DNA of 63,263 nucleotides, filler included, from Craspedostauros australis (taxonomy: Eukaryota), in assembly GCA_030167865.1 (NCBI GenBank). It is 4 parts of 4 records of this genome, joined end to end, with 100 filler letters (N's around TTAATTAATTAA, not from the genome) between each part and the next. Parts side by side here need not be neighbours in the genome. Positions count along the whole stretch, not along the records: positions 1 to 17,162 come from JALAGF010006156.1; positions 17,263 to 36,905 come from JALAGF010006160.1; 2 more parts are not named here. The stretch is one strand, 5' to 3'. The translations under genes and the position numbers were made by a program. How positions within the stretch are numbered: position 1 is the stretch's first letter; every line of letters begins with the position of its first letter. Positions 12,601-22,920 of this stretch are shown here, one piece after another. Below the pieces are notes generated by a model. That model made no database searches and was not told the origin of the DNA. It was given only the letters and a program-made list of their open reading frames with translations.

Positions 12601-13948
12601 AGAGGATGTCGATGTCTTGACAAGGCAACAAGGCCGTCAGCCATGCCGTCATGTCTGGCAGTGACAGGTTGGTGATGGTGACGTGATGAAGCGTGCGATG
12701 GCGTTGCCGCTGATGACGGTCAGCTCCGCCAACTTGAGATGCCGACGCAAATCGCTGCAAGAAGGATGTCGACAATGGATGATTCGATGGCAGCTCCAGC
12801 ACTTCATCGTTGTGCGGATTCGTCTCCTGCCGAATGGCACCCAGGAGAAGGAAGTTCTTCAGCTCTGTGTCGTCAACCAGCTTCGCCAGCAGGCGCAGAG
12901 CCACGCTGGATGACCATTGCAGATCGTCCAGGAACAGGTAGACAGGGCGTTCCTTGGTGGAGACGGCCTTGATGAACTGCAGGAAGATGTACTGCAACTG
13001 ATTCCACGAGCTGTCACCCAGCAATTGGGTCGATGATGACATTGGCAACGAAGATGAACCGCCAGTTCGGTGCTGGCTGTTGCTCAAGCCCGTTGTGATG
13101 CTGCCGACTTCGATGCTGTTGCTGGTGCCACCATGTTGAAGCGTTGAACGACGCGTCACAGATCCATCTTCATTCACCGTTGTGTTTGGCGATAGGATGG
13201 AAAGGGCTGGCACCACATTGATCAACGGATCGAATCCATCGGTAGGGAAGACCGCTTGGACACGCTGGCGGATTCGGTGGAGCTCCTCTGGTGATCCACG
13301 CTTGAGCTGGGATGTGAAATCACGCATGGCCTGTGCGATGGCGGAGAATGGATCGCTGCTGCCATTGTATTCGTCGTACTTGCCACGCAACACGTAGCAG
13401 CAAGTGCAGGTGTGGGATTGCGAGTTGGTTGGTTGTTGTGCCTGCGTTGCCTCTTGTTTTGCAGCTTGTTTTGCCGTTTGTGGCTGATCGACAAGGTCGT
13501 CATCTTTTGGTTGTACATTGCATGTACAGCACGTCGTCTGCAGAAAGTGGTCGATCAGAGCTGACTTTCCCGTCCCGCTGATGCCCCAAACCAGAACGGC
13601 GGGGTACGCAGTTGTCTTGGCGCCCCCCGATTTGGATGCTCCCATGACTTGGCGGTTGACATCATGGAGCTGCTGCAATTCGTGCTGCCTGCCAAGAAAG
13701 CATGCAGATGATCGCCACGAGGCCGTGTCATTTGATCGTTTCTGCTTGCTGGCCGGATCAGGTGGATTGGCGAGTTCATCGCTGGCGGAAGGAGAAGGCG
13801 ACACGATGCCCTGAGGACTATTGCCTTTCGGCTCGGTCTTCGCGTCTCTGTTGCTGCTGCTCATGATATCAGTGACAATGGTGGGCGCGTGCGCGAGCTC
13901 AGTTGCTTCTACCACTTGGATCGGTGCGGAGTTCATTGTCAGCGACAT
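9683..13948 (-). CDS. STAND-class / AAA_16-type P-loop ATPase (COG3899-like) with a C-terminal helical, TPR-like region
   Basis: Intronless 1421-aa ORF. Motifs FLGRQHEL, Walker A GISGTGKS, GKYDEY, Walker B LFLDDLQW, KTSGNIFF, YHFAHDRIQQAAY and ALAYELAGEH...HYAAWG. Confidence 0.85.
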   Translation of the reverse strand: MSLTMNSAPIQVVEATELAHAPTIVTDIMSSSNRDAKTEPKGNSPQGIVSPSPSASDELANPPDPASKQKRSNDTASWRSSACFLGRQHELQQLHDVNRQVMGASKSGGAKTTAYPAVLVWGISGTGKSALIDHFLQTTCCTCNVQPKDDDLVDQPQTAKQAAKQEATQAQQPTNSQSHTCTCCYVLRGKYDEYNGSSDPFSAIAQAMRDFTSQLKRGSPEELHRIRQRVQAVFPTDGFDPLINVVPALSILSPNTTVNEDGSVTRRSTLQHGGTSNSIEVGSITTGLSNSQHRTGGSSSLPMSSSTQLLGDSSWNQLQYIFLQFIKAVSTKERPVYLFLDDLQWSSSVALRLLAKLVDDTELKNFLLLGAIRQETNPHNDEVLELPSNHPLSTSFLQRFASASQVGGADRHQRQRHRTLHHVTITNLSLPDMTAWLTALLPCQDIDILSKKLHTKTSGNIFFALQALEELERKNILTYNQESSQWEWKIPNQGGDGKGNSRSASLPISHSIIHTIQSKLEELPLLLQRALAVAAYIGSAFHVSVLRHVLQNERDHVDGVIDVAVDAAGVVANAQAVSDVLEQAVLERLIVNPIGGAMYHFAHDRIQQAAYGMIPPGETRDKLRLRIGHCLLEKYRSSQHDEESLHQDDDSRDNVKESHAQGRSRKKNRPKMTKASSQQRHQRSQTAGMTSQGTSSTFSTATDTSSGSDAIDGLLFVAADHLNAVQTKDHMFTVMMNLEVGEKALQMGALESASEYLGNAFAAFRLVRNSKVPALAAIASNGSGSNEDDSNVVVPHQGNHSSMWDSDDHYGACLRLYRARCDIELSLNHFDAGYDLGNEVMERARSLEDKLPTYYVMAKALGRENRHADAQKLEKRALRALGEFPKRWYVMRTARSLLKIRSFMKKHTNDEIVSMPLMTDPRKVHAMKICGDFGFRCHITNTAILLVLNLSKMILRTIQHGICEESASAFADYGLIMTITGDQAMGQRCADIAFAILDRINGKSRRGLVSLLVNDYISTFSVPFLQPLRQSQQAHHESMGVGEFEIGLLCLHYCLALSFVIGFELGQLIEATHATIQHHTTYEVSSHVATAKEFLLMLKWLAGDEPVPWQELEAEAKQGIDEDSLDPALAGRDSVHFFGRVYLSIRHRRYEIAERLYECFHIFSSKAPSYFNLMMIAYLSGLISAGRYRETGSHRYLATLRKSIKALRHLGKTRGRNWIHQAFLLEAEEHSITMKNKRHSKIQYAYSLAIISAAQSTCISDTALAYELAGEHFARHGAADMVGDYFDNAVEHYAAWGCKIKVDDIKQRRGQFVTTTYDDGRPNSKMADWSHRNVSIAELFGIASPTNLAGFEIVPRPYPSGAHGRNSAQDDTQDRTHTSPSKSNNDRKAENSGRSNGSEDGRTDDDDGDGDNVSVLTDNSY

Positions 13949-14874
13949 GGGGGATGGTGAATGTTGATGGTTGTGGGAAATGTGCAGTTCTAGCCACTCG
14001 TGCTATGCTTTGATCTGAGTTGAAGCAGAGCTCCTTCTGCAAGTTTGGATGGGTGAAGGCAAGAATGTGAGTCCGACGCGATTGTATCACGCAACACTGT
14101 CTTCTTTCTGATTTCGTTTTGTGTGTGTGTGATGTTGTTACGTGCGGTGAGATGCGAGGATGGAGTCTCTGCTGACACTGTCCCCCACGAGATGATGACC
14201 TCAGAAAGATGTGATCTCGTGGACGAGAACAAACATCTGGGTGGTCCGCCTGCGCGATGAGCGAATGAGTGGGATACCCGGTAAAACCTTCTTTGGTGGT
14301 TTGTTATGACTCCAATTGTCAGCAAGATCGGTCCACGATTGCGCCTGTCATTATTAATTGAGACTACTTATCGTGGATCCTCGGCCAAAATGTCGTTCAA
14401 GCGCTTTTGCAGCCTAATCGACATGTTCTAACTTCGACTCTGTCTGGACTCTCATCAGCAACCGTGTGCAAAGAGGAGGTCCGCTTCGCAGAACCATTGC
14501 CCCCAAACATGAAGCATCCTGGACGAGCGGTTTCATTCTTGCGACGCTGCTGGGGGTTCATCTCCCCTGCAACCAGAAACGAATCTTCATCTCTCAATAC
14601 TTCATGCTCGCACACACCCAAGCAATGCAGGTATGATAAATGTGTGCGTGTCAGTGAGCCATCTGCCACAGGAGAAGCACGGATTCGTCCTTCTCGACGA
14701 GACCAGCAACACCAAGGTGGAGCTGCTCAGCAGCTCCAGCGTGTGTCATTCCGCATCTGCTGCCTGTCTCATCGCAACAGAAATGCATTCGAGAATTCCG
14801 GTGGGTTCAAACCAAGGCGCTGAAGAGCATGATGGCGCTTGCTCATGGTAGGCAAGGCGGAGCTGTACTCCGTG

Positions 14875-14987
14875 ATGCCGAAGGTGCTGTCGAAGCGCGA
14901 GTCGAAGGTCGTGAAGGCGAGCTTTCGAACTTCATGACATGGAAGTACATCGGGACGAAGCTGCGTGTCAAGAGGATCAATCCATGA
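14875..14987 (+). repeat. Dispersed direct repeat, copy 2, within a decayed coding-like region
   Basis: Matches 9071-9187 with a small deletion. Confidence 0.85.
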
Positions 14988-15644
14988 AGTAAGTATGATG
15001 TTGGGACCACACCCATGCTGACGTTGAGTTTGTTGTGACACAAATCTTCGTCCGCGCAAACGGAGCAATCTTCGCCTTTGGCGACATCACCAACCGCCTC
15101 ATTGATGATTGATGATGAGGTGGTTCGTGTCTCGCCTCACAAAATGGCGCCATCCACGACTTGTGATGAACTCTCTTCCCACGAGTAGCCTTTGCAGTCG
15201 AAGAATGAAACAAGTGCAGGCATCGATTGTAGATCCAGATTCAGGGCAGTCTTCAGCTGTGGTGTATTGTATTTTTATTCTATGTAGCAGTCACACAGCT
15301 CCGACAGCTTTTGTGAGTGTCGGTAACACGCCTGAGGCGCGCCTCTTGCAAGTACGAAGACAACCTACATACTCCAGATCGTACTCGAGAGAGCGTTTTA
15401 CCAGCTCTCTCTCTCCGGAGAGAGAGAGCGGCAGCGAAGAACGGGACGACGGTGGCCATGCGGCCATCCAAGCTTCATCCTAGAGTCTCCAAGAATCAGC
15501 GTGCTTCACACTCAGTGTCTGCTATTGTTATATCTTTCATGTCTGTTATCCTGTCCTCTCCTTGATTCTTTCCTGACTCGCTGCCGCACCAACGCGCACG
15601 AACACGCACCAACGAGCACCCGGAACAAGAAGAACGCGTCTGAT

Positions 15645-16328
15645 TTATCCCTTGGCATTTCGGGCAGCGCGACGATCGGCACGCGAGGTGGCGTGGTAAC
15701 CGCTGCGGATGGGCAGCACACTTCTGGAACTGCCACAGTCACGGCAATGGCAGAAGTAGAGGCGGCTGGCACCGTCCTTCTTGAGGTCGGTGTTGGGAGA
15801 TCTGCACATCTCGCACGTGACGTAATCCACGACGTACTTACGCAGCAAACTCTCGATGTACTTGGGCACGTACTTGCCGCGGATGATGAGGCGCTGGTTT
15901 CCGTCGATGCTGCCCTCCGTACCGAGCTCGGCCATGAAGAAGGCGTAGACGTGGTCGGGGCTGCGCTGCATCATGGTGCAGATCTCCTGGAAGTTGATCC
16001 ATAGCGTCTTCTTGCTGCTGAGCAGGGTGAGCTGCGGCGGCTTGATGTTGCGCTTCTTCTTCTCCACGAGCGCCGGGTTGTTGACCTGCAGCAGGTCCAC
16101 GACCTTGTCCAGCAGCTCCTCGTACGTGTACTCTGCCTTGCGGTCGTACTGGTCCTCCACCTCCTGCAGGGCGTCCTGCTCGGCCAGCATGCCCTTCTGG
16201 CCGCTCAGATCGGCGGCGGCCTCCTTCTTGCCGGAGTCCTTCTTGTCCGACGACGACTTTTTCTTCTTTTTCTTCTTCTTCTTGGACAGGTCCAGCATGT
16301 CCGCCAGTTGCTTGTCTTCGTCCGCCAT
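15645..16328 (-). CDS. EIF2S2: Eukaryotic translation initiation factor 2 subunit beta
   Basis: Poly-Lys box; YTYEELL; KKTLWINFQEIC; FFMAELGTEGSIDG; C4 zinc finger YVTCEMCRSPNT...CRDCGS. Confidence 0.96.
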   Translation of the reverse strand: MADEDKQLADMLDLSKKKKKKKKKSSSDKKDSGKKEAAADLSGQKGMLAEQDALQEVEDQYDRKAEYTYEELLDKVVDLLQVNNPALVEKKKRNIKPPQLTLLSSKKTLWINFQEICTMMQRSPDHVYAFFMAELGTEGSIDGNQRLIIRGKYVPKYIESLLRKYVVDYVTCEMCRSPNTDLKKDGASRLYFCHCRDCGSSRSVLPIRSGYHATSRADRRAARNAKG

Positions 16329-16822
16329 CTTGTTCTTACCTTTGCGTCTGTTCTTACGTTTGTTCTTACTCTGGTTCTTCTGCTCTTACTCTTGCTATGA
16401 CAGCTGTCTGCAGATCAGCAGCGCTCTCCTTGTGCTGCGCAGCGGCGTGTTTGCCGGTCTCCGTTTGTGTTGCGCCATGGTCGCTGTTTCGTTTGCCGCT
16501 CATTTTCGATCGACCAAGATTTTCTCCAATCGTGCGGCTCATGTGCGCACAGTCGCAGTACAGACTGTTCCGTTCTTTGTTAGACCCAAAGTTTCAATCC
16601 ATCGAGTCCAATTGGTATCCAAAAGTGGTCACGAGGCGAAGATACCATGTGTGTTGGTTAGAATCATGTTGGCGGCAACACGCGCAACAGAGAGATCCTT
16701 GCGTTGTCGCTGCTTGTGAGAGTCTGTGTCAGATGGAGAAACAGAGAATTTATGAGGTTGTTCTGCTGTTGTGGAGAAGGCAGACACAGCTGTGCCAGAC
16801 TGACGTCGGCCAGACTATGACA

Positions 16823-17162
16823 CCCCCCCACGGTCGCTGGGTGGAAAACCCAGTGACCGGAACAACTCGATTAAATGTATTATGTAAAACTAGGCCTCAA
16901 GCCTAGCAGCAGACCACACCGGCACGAGTGCACCGGAAACGTTGTCCCAGTGCCTAAAGAACGTGGGCGGAGCCGNCTGCTTGGTGCCCATGTCGGCAGC
17001 ATTCACAGTTGTGTCGATATCCATGAACGTGATGAGCTCGTTTTCGACCCACTGCTGCACGGCAAAATGCCGAATCTCAACATGTCGTGTGCGTCTTGAG
17101 GGTTGCCCAGCATTCGCTATCATGAGGGCCCCTTGATTGTCTTCGTACAGGACAGTTGCCTG
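16823..17162 (-). mobile_element. Ty1/copia 3' fragment: RNase H plus polypurine tract
   Basis: Minus strand encodes TVLYEDNQGAL...RTRHVEIRHF...NAADMGTK. A G7 tract (16823-16829) is followed directly by TGTCATAG, the probable start of the 3' LTR, whose far end is unresolved. Confidence 0.85.
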
Positions 17163-17262
17163 NNNNNNNNNNNNNNNNNNNNNNNNNNNNNNNNNNNNNN
17201 NNNNNNTTAATTAATTAANNNNNNNNNNNNNNNNNNNNNNNNNNNNNNNNNNNNNNNNNNNN
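17163..17262. other. Artificial contig spacer
   Basis: 44 N + TTAATTAATTAA + 44 N; the core has stop codons in all six frames. Confidence 0.95.
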
Positions 17263-17644
17263 CACAAATTCTCCTCCTGGTGGTGTCTCACTTTTACCAC
17301 TTCGTTTGGCTGTGCGAATGCTCTTCGTCACACCAGTCTCCTCTTGTTTGATCGCCTTGAGGATCCTCTCCTTCTCGCGATGTTGCCTTGCAGACCGTTC
17401 TTCTTCGGTCTCGTCGATCGCGCTTGCGTCTGCGCCTGATAGGACAGTAGCCGCGGCTGCTTCCTTCTCTTNNNNNNNNNNNNNNNNNNNNNNNNNNNNN
17501 NNNNNNNNNNNNNNNNNNNNNNNNNNNNNNNNNNNNNNNNNNNNNNNNNNNNNNNNNNNNNNNNNNNNNNNNNNNNNNNNNNNNNNNNNNNNNNNNNNNN
17601 NNNNNNNNNNNNNNNNNNTCGCCCTGATCTATCGTTTATAAACG

Positions 17645-18478
17645 TGTTGGCAAGTTCCGCGCACGGTAACCTACGATTGTGGAAGATGGTGTTGGTTGAT
17701 AGTCGTTCGTTTGCTATTTCATTAGTTGGTTACTCCGATCCTCTTGGTGTCCGTTCGTTCTCTTGCCCGATGCTCTCGGTGCTTCAATCTGTTTCGTAGA
17801 TTCAGTCTCCGACTATGAGTCGGTACGCGAGATGCTCTCTCGCTCNNNNNNNNNNNNNNNNNNNNNNNNNNNNNNNNNNNNNNNNNNNNNNNNNNNNNNN
17901 NNNNNNNNNNNNNNNNNNNNNNNNNNNNNNNNNNNNNNNNNNNNNNNNNNNNNNNNNNNNNNNNNTTCAGTACTGGTTCCTACTCCATGAGTACTTACCA
18001 TTTGAAGTTCACCTTCAGTATCCATGATGCTGATCCTCTTTGGTCATCGCATCTTCGCCTCCTGCTCTGACTTGGAGACAGCTGTCGACGTGGCGACATG
18101 TTGACATCCTGTCGACGTCAGTAGGCGTCCTTCTGCTCTCCAGATGTCACGTTCCATTGGTGATGCAGCAACCTGTCAGATGATATCGTCATCTGAGGTT
18201 TAGTTGGGAAGTACCTCGAGATTCTCTTGGTACCNNNNNNNNNNNNNNNNNNNNNNNNNNNNNNNNNNNNNNNNNNNNNNNNNNNNNNNNNNNNNNNNNN
18301 NNNNNNNNNNNNNNNNNNNNNNNNNNNNNNNNNNNNNNNNNNNNNNNNNNNNNNNNNNNNNNNNNNNNNNNNNNNNNNNNNNNNNNNNNTACCGTCCAAG
18401 TGCGTATGAGAGAATAACGGGTGAACGATGCACATATACACGTACATCTTGACATATACTCACATGTACATCTAGACA
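17645..18478 (+). mobile_element. LTR of family A, apparently solo, with internal gaps
   Basis: Begins TGTTGGCAAGTTCCGC and ends CATCTAGACA; colinear with 36117-36905. No target-site duplication seen. Confidence 0.8.
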
Positions 18479-21400
18479 TGCATGTGTATCGTTGTATCCA
18501 TCCTGCTTGGGGGAGAAATGATCCCTTGGTTAGCAACAGCACACAATAGCAGTCCAGAATAGAGCAGAGTCGACTGTTTCACATGGAGGAGTTCAATTTC
18601 GCCATGCTCTCACTGCTCTTCATTAGATCTCCCACGTCGCTGAGCATGTGCAACTGCGCCGCGCATAATTTCCATTCAATGTGCGCGCATTTCAGCATGT
18701 ATCGCGTGTACAATGTGGAGGCCAGTGTTCGATTGACCATAGCGGCGCTGAAGATCAGTACAGAACATCAGGCTACCTCCACGAAACGGTTCGAACGCGG
18801 TTTGATGGAGCACGAACAGCGACTGCGTCAATGACTTCACCCATGGAATGAGCATGAGATAAGTGACTAATCTTTGCGAGGGCGTAACATCCGGTGCCAA
18901 TGAAGACAGTTGTGGCGCGTGATCAGGAAGCGTTGTGTCCTCGCGAGCATTGTACGTGGTACAGCGACGAAAAGAACCTGCAGTTTGTATATCTTTGGAG
19001 GAAGTGAGATTCGAAGGCCAACACTACACGGGCAGGCACAGGAGAGGATATTGAGTCTATTGAAAGCAACGGCATGATGATCCAAGGCCAGGGCCATGCA
19101 CAACCTTGCATACAGTAGCGAGACTCAGGTGAGCAGCACAGTTCGAATCAACAAGACGTCAATGTCGGAGTCCATCGAGTCGTATTGATATCCGTGACTG
19201 GGGACTCGGAGGAAGATACCAATCAACAAATGGTGCCATCAACAAGTTCGCGCCGAAAAACACAACTCCTCCATCATCCTACGTCTTCTGCCATGTTCAT
19301 TGAAGCTTCAGATCCTCAGACGTGACGCAACATCTTCGAACATCGTCATCCTTCGTTCGGCCAGCAGATCGACGACGTCAGAGTCATCTGTCATCCTGTT
19401 CCGATCACCGCTCTACTAAAACTGAGAGCAGGCATCTCGTGCTTTCGCACGTTGCATTCATGTCCTCGTTCAATCTCGCACTGTAGCAGACGACGCAAGC
19501 CAAGTAATCATAAATCAGCCTTTCACACTATTACAAGAGTAAAACTCAAACGATAATTTTGGGCGCGAACTTTTGTGTGTTCACGGATCGATGATCATGA
19601 CTGTCACGAGCAATAGTGACTAACTTCAAACACCCAAAGCAACACACAAAGGCATTCTGGACCGCTGACCAACACACTACCTGAAGCAAAATGAAGTGGC
19701 GAATTCAGCCATACCATCCACTTGAGCAATAGACGAACCAGAATTGGATGCGGGCCTTTGGGAGATTGTCGGTTGAGATTGGACGAAAAGGAAACAAATT
19801 TCTGTACCAGAATGTCGTAGACTCTACGCGGTTACCAACGAAAAAACCCGAAATCACGTCCGTACGTCGTCCGTATGAAAAAAGGCGGACAAAGGGTCAA
19901 AAGAGGCATCGAGACGAATGGAAAGCGGAGACCAATTGCTGACAATGAGCACATCAACAGAGAGCTCTCACTCTCTTCTTTCCAATGATGTGAAGATTTC
20001 AGGCAACCGCCATCAACTCATCGAATGGCAGCGTGTGCCGTCGGCGATACGCCAATGGTTACCCAGAAATACCAAAAAGTGCCAAAAGCGGAAAGTGGAC
20101 ACTATCCACTTGAAAACACAAGGGAGAGGGTGAGGTGCTGCGATTACGGTAGAAAATGATGCTGACGCAAAGCGAATCGACAGATCGAATGGGAGAGTAG
20201 CACCCAAGCAACGTCACCGTTTCCTTCACACAATCTCGCAGTTGTCCGCAACGCCAACCCACTTTGAAGTGATGATTCCAGTGACAAAAGAGAACGGTAG
20301 CTGGCCTTTGCGTGATGCTGTTTTTGCTGGGGCGAAGGATGTCGCCCAGCACGGTGAGGACATGGATCTTGTGTGAAGTGTGTTGCAGCGGATACTAGTA
20401 CCAATAGTACAGCGCACCAAGAGAGTTGCAGGGCAGTATCTAGCCGTATCGTCCCACCTGCACATGATGCAGTATCTTTTACAATCGATGGAGACTCAAA
20501 GTTTGATGCTCGCGTACAACAATGACCGCAAGGAACGCGGTTGACTCGGATTGCTTCAGGCGAAAAGTGTCACAAGTTGCGGTTAACTGCGGATTTTCAA
20601 GGGCCCTTCCGCGCCATCAGCTCTTGCCAACAATTGTGAAACAAGATCCCGAGGAATCTGCGAAGAACAAACTGCTCATCTGGTTGATCGTTTCCAATCT
20701 GCATGCTATACTCACAGGCACGACTTTTCCTTTTGACAAGTAGCCTGTGCGTGACGACTCGAGATACAGTCGCCGAAACGATGATGGTGTCAATGACGAC
20801 AAGCCGAGAGAGAAGTCGCCGGTTGGAGAAGACCGCTCCACCCCCAAAGAGCGGTGCACAGTGCGAGTATAAACCTCAACATTGTGTCCACCGCACCCGC
20901 AAAGCGATGTCGGCGACAGAAGATGTTTGAGTGGAGCGGAACATGCGAAGCACCAACATCTACATGGATCATTGTCGCGGTCTTGTTTGTCCGGAGCAAG
21001 CCCGATGCCGAAGCCTCGATCACAGCCCGCGCCCTTCAGGTGCCGAGTTTCTCCCTCGGCGCAAGGGCCAAAGACCGCATCAGTAGGTGATAAACCGGTG
21101 GCGCCATGCGAGTACCTGTTGCCGCTCCCGCATGAAGAACATGGCTTCGAACTTAGTACGAGTGGATGCACAAGTGCGTCAATGCATGCAATCTACTGTG
21201 GCGTTGCATGTTGCTTCGTGCTGGCAAGGTACGGGTACTCGAGTTGTGTGGAGCACAGTACGCAATGACAGATATGCGTGCTCAACAAATACAAATAATC
21301 GCAGATTGCTTTAAGTCGAGATTTGGCGCTCTTCCGCAGACACAAGAGAGGAGCTCGAGATGCGTGAACATACATAGTGGTACGTGCATGCGAGTACTCG

Positions 21401-22280
21401 TGCAGAGCGCATCATCGGTCTCTCTCTCTCTCTCTGTGACCTCAGCATCTTCGCAACGAGCCATGGGTTGTAGTTGCACATTCCACATAATGTGGAGCGT
21501 GGTACAAGGAAGCACCTCGACGCGCATGATGATGTATGGCAGCTCCAGATTTCGGCGCAGAAAGGTTACGTTTTGGGAGTGGCGTTTGTGGTGGCGACAC
21601 CAAATAACCGCAGCTGTTCGTTCGTGACTGACGACCCATGGAGCTTGGTCGATCAGAACAGTTTGTCCGTTTTAATAAATGTCGAGGTCATAGTTAGTGG
21701 GTGCGGAATGGCGGCGAACGGCGCTGTAAAAGTGGCAAGTCACGCGAAAAACGAATGAAGGCGCACAAAAACCGCAACTTGCTGTCAAGACTTCTTAAGC
21801 CGCCAAGCCCATGACTAGAGCGGGTCATTTGTCACCGCTGTCCGCAACTTTGTTGCCCATGGATAAAAAGTTGTTCTTGCATTGACACATTACGTAGAGA
21901 ATCCTCCTAAGCCCGCGTGACCGAACGTTTCTGCGGTGCCAATGCTTGTTGTGCGTAGATTTATGCGCAGGTTGTACACAGGTCATGAACTGGATCCACC
22001 AAAGAGGCCTTGTGCGCTGCGCTTGGTGATGTTGCCATCCGTGTGTGTACACGTTGCTTTGCAGGGGAGCGCAATGTTTGCCACGGATCCAAATGCCATG
22101 GTCACTTTTTTCGCAACAATCGTCCACAACAACCTCATCGCGTCACGACTACAACCACGTGCGCAACACACTCGCACACATCTTTGTTGACAGCCGAGTC
22201 CATTTTATTTCATTTCATCGCTTGTGAGGTCATTGCGCGCATACCATACGACGGCCGCCATCATCTTGCTCCCAAACCAC

Positions 22281-22350
22281 ACCATATCATACCATACCAT
22301 ACCATACCATACCATACCATACCATACCATACACTGCACTGCACTGAACT
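22281..22350. repeat. (ACCAT)n microsatellite grading into (GCACT)n
   Basis: Directly visible. Confidence 0.9.
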
Positions 22351-22920
22351 GGATTCAATCTCAGCCCTTGATTTGCAATAGCGGGGCATCACATTTCTGT
22401 TGATCAACCAAAAGAAAAGGAAGAGCACAGAACTTTTGGCCCTTGCCACACGAACGATTGCTCACAAGAGAGAAAGAGCGGAACAAGGACAGAACACAGA
22501 GCGACGATGGCCATCGCCACGATGACACAGCCTCAACAAACCGCTGAAACTTGCGCGCGAAAACCAATAGCTAGCCGCCTCGAAAAAACGAGTCACAATC
22601 GTGCACAGAATAAGAAAAAACAAACCGGTGAGCGTGGTTGCTCCTCCATTCGCAGTTGCCCACCTGCGTTGTTTTGTGCGGCGCCACCAACAAACAACGC
22701 AACATGGCAAGATCAACGCGCGTTTGGTGTCGCCTTACCACACAACACCACCGCCACACCAGTACCAACTGCCATAATCGCATCAATCGTATCAATCGCA
22801 TCAATCATACCAACAGCATCAACAGCATCAATCGATAAAGACACACAGGCGCAGACGCAAGACCAATCAGGAACAAGGGCCAGCGCAAGCAACACAGCTA
22901 GCAACACAGCAAGCACGACA

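Noticed and set aside
17207..17218. TTAATTAATTAA as a piggyBac target or regulatory motif
   Set aside because: It sits between exactly 44 N on each side, three times in the window; it is an assembly spacer.
18480..22200. Many short ORFs
   Set aside because: No recognisable motifs or consistent frame; probably decayed or intergenic sequence.
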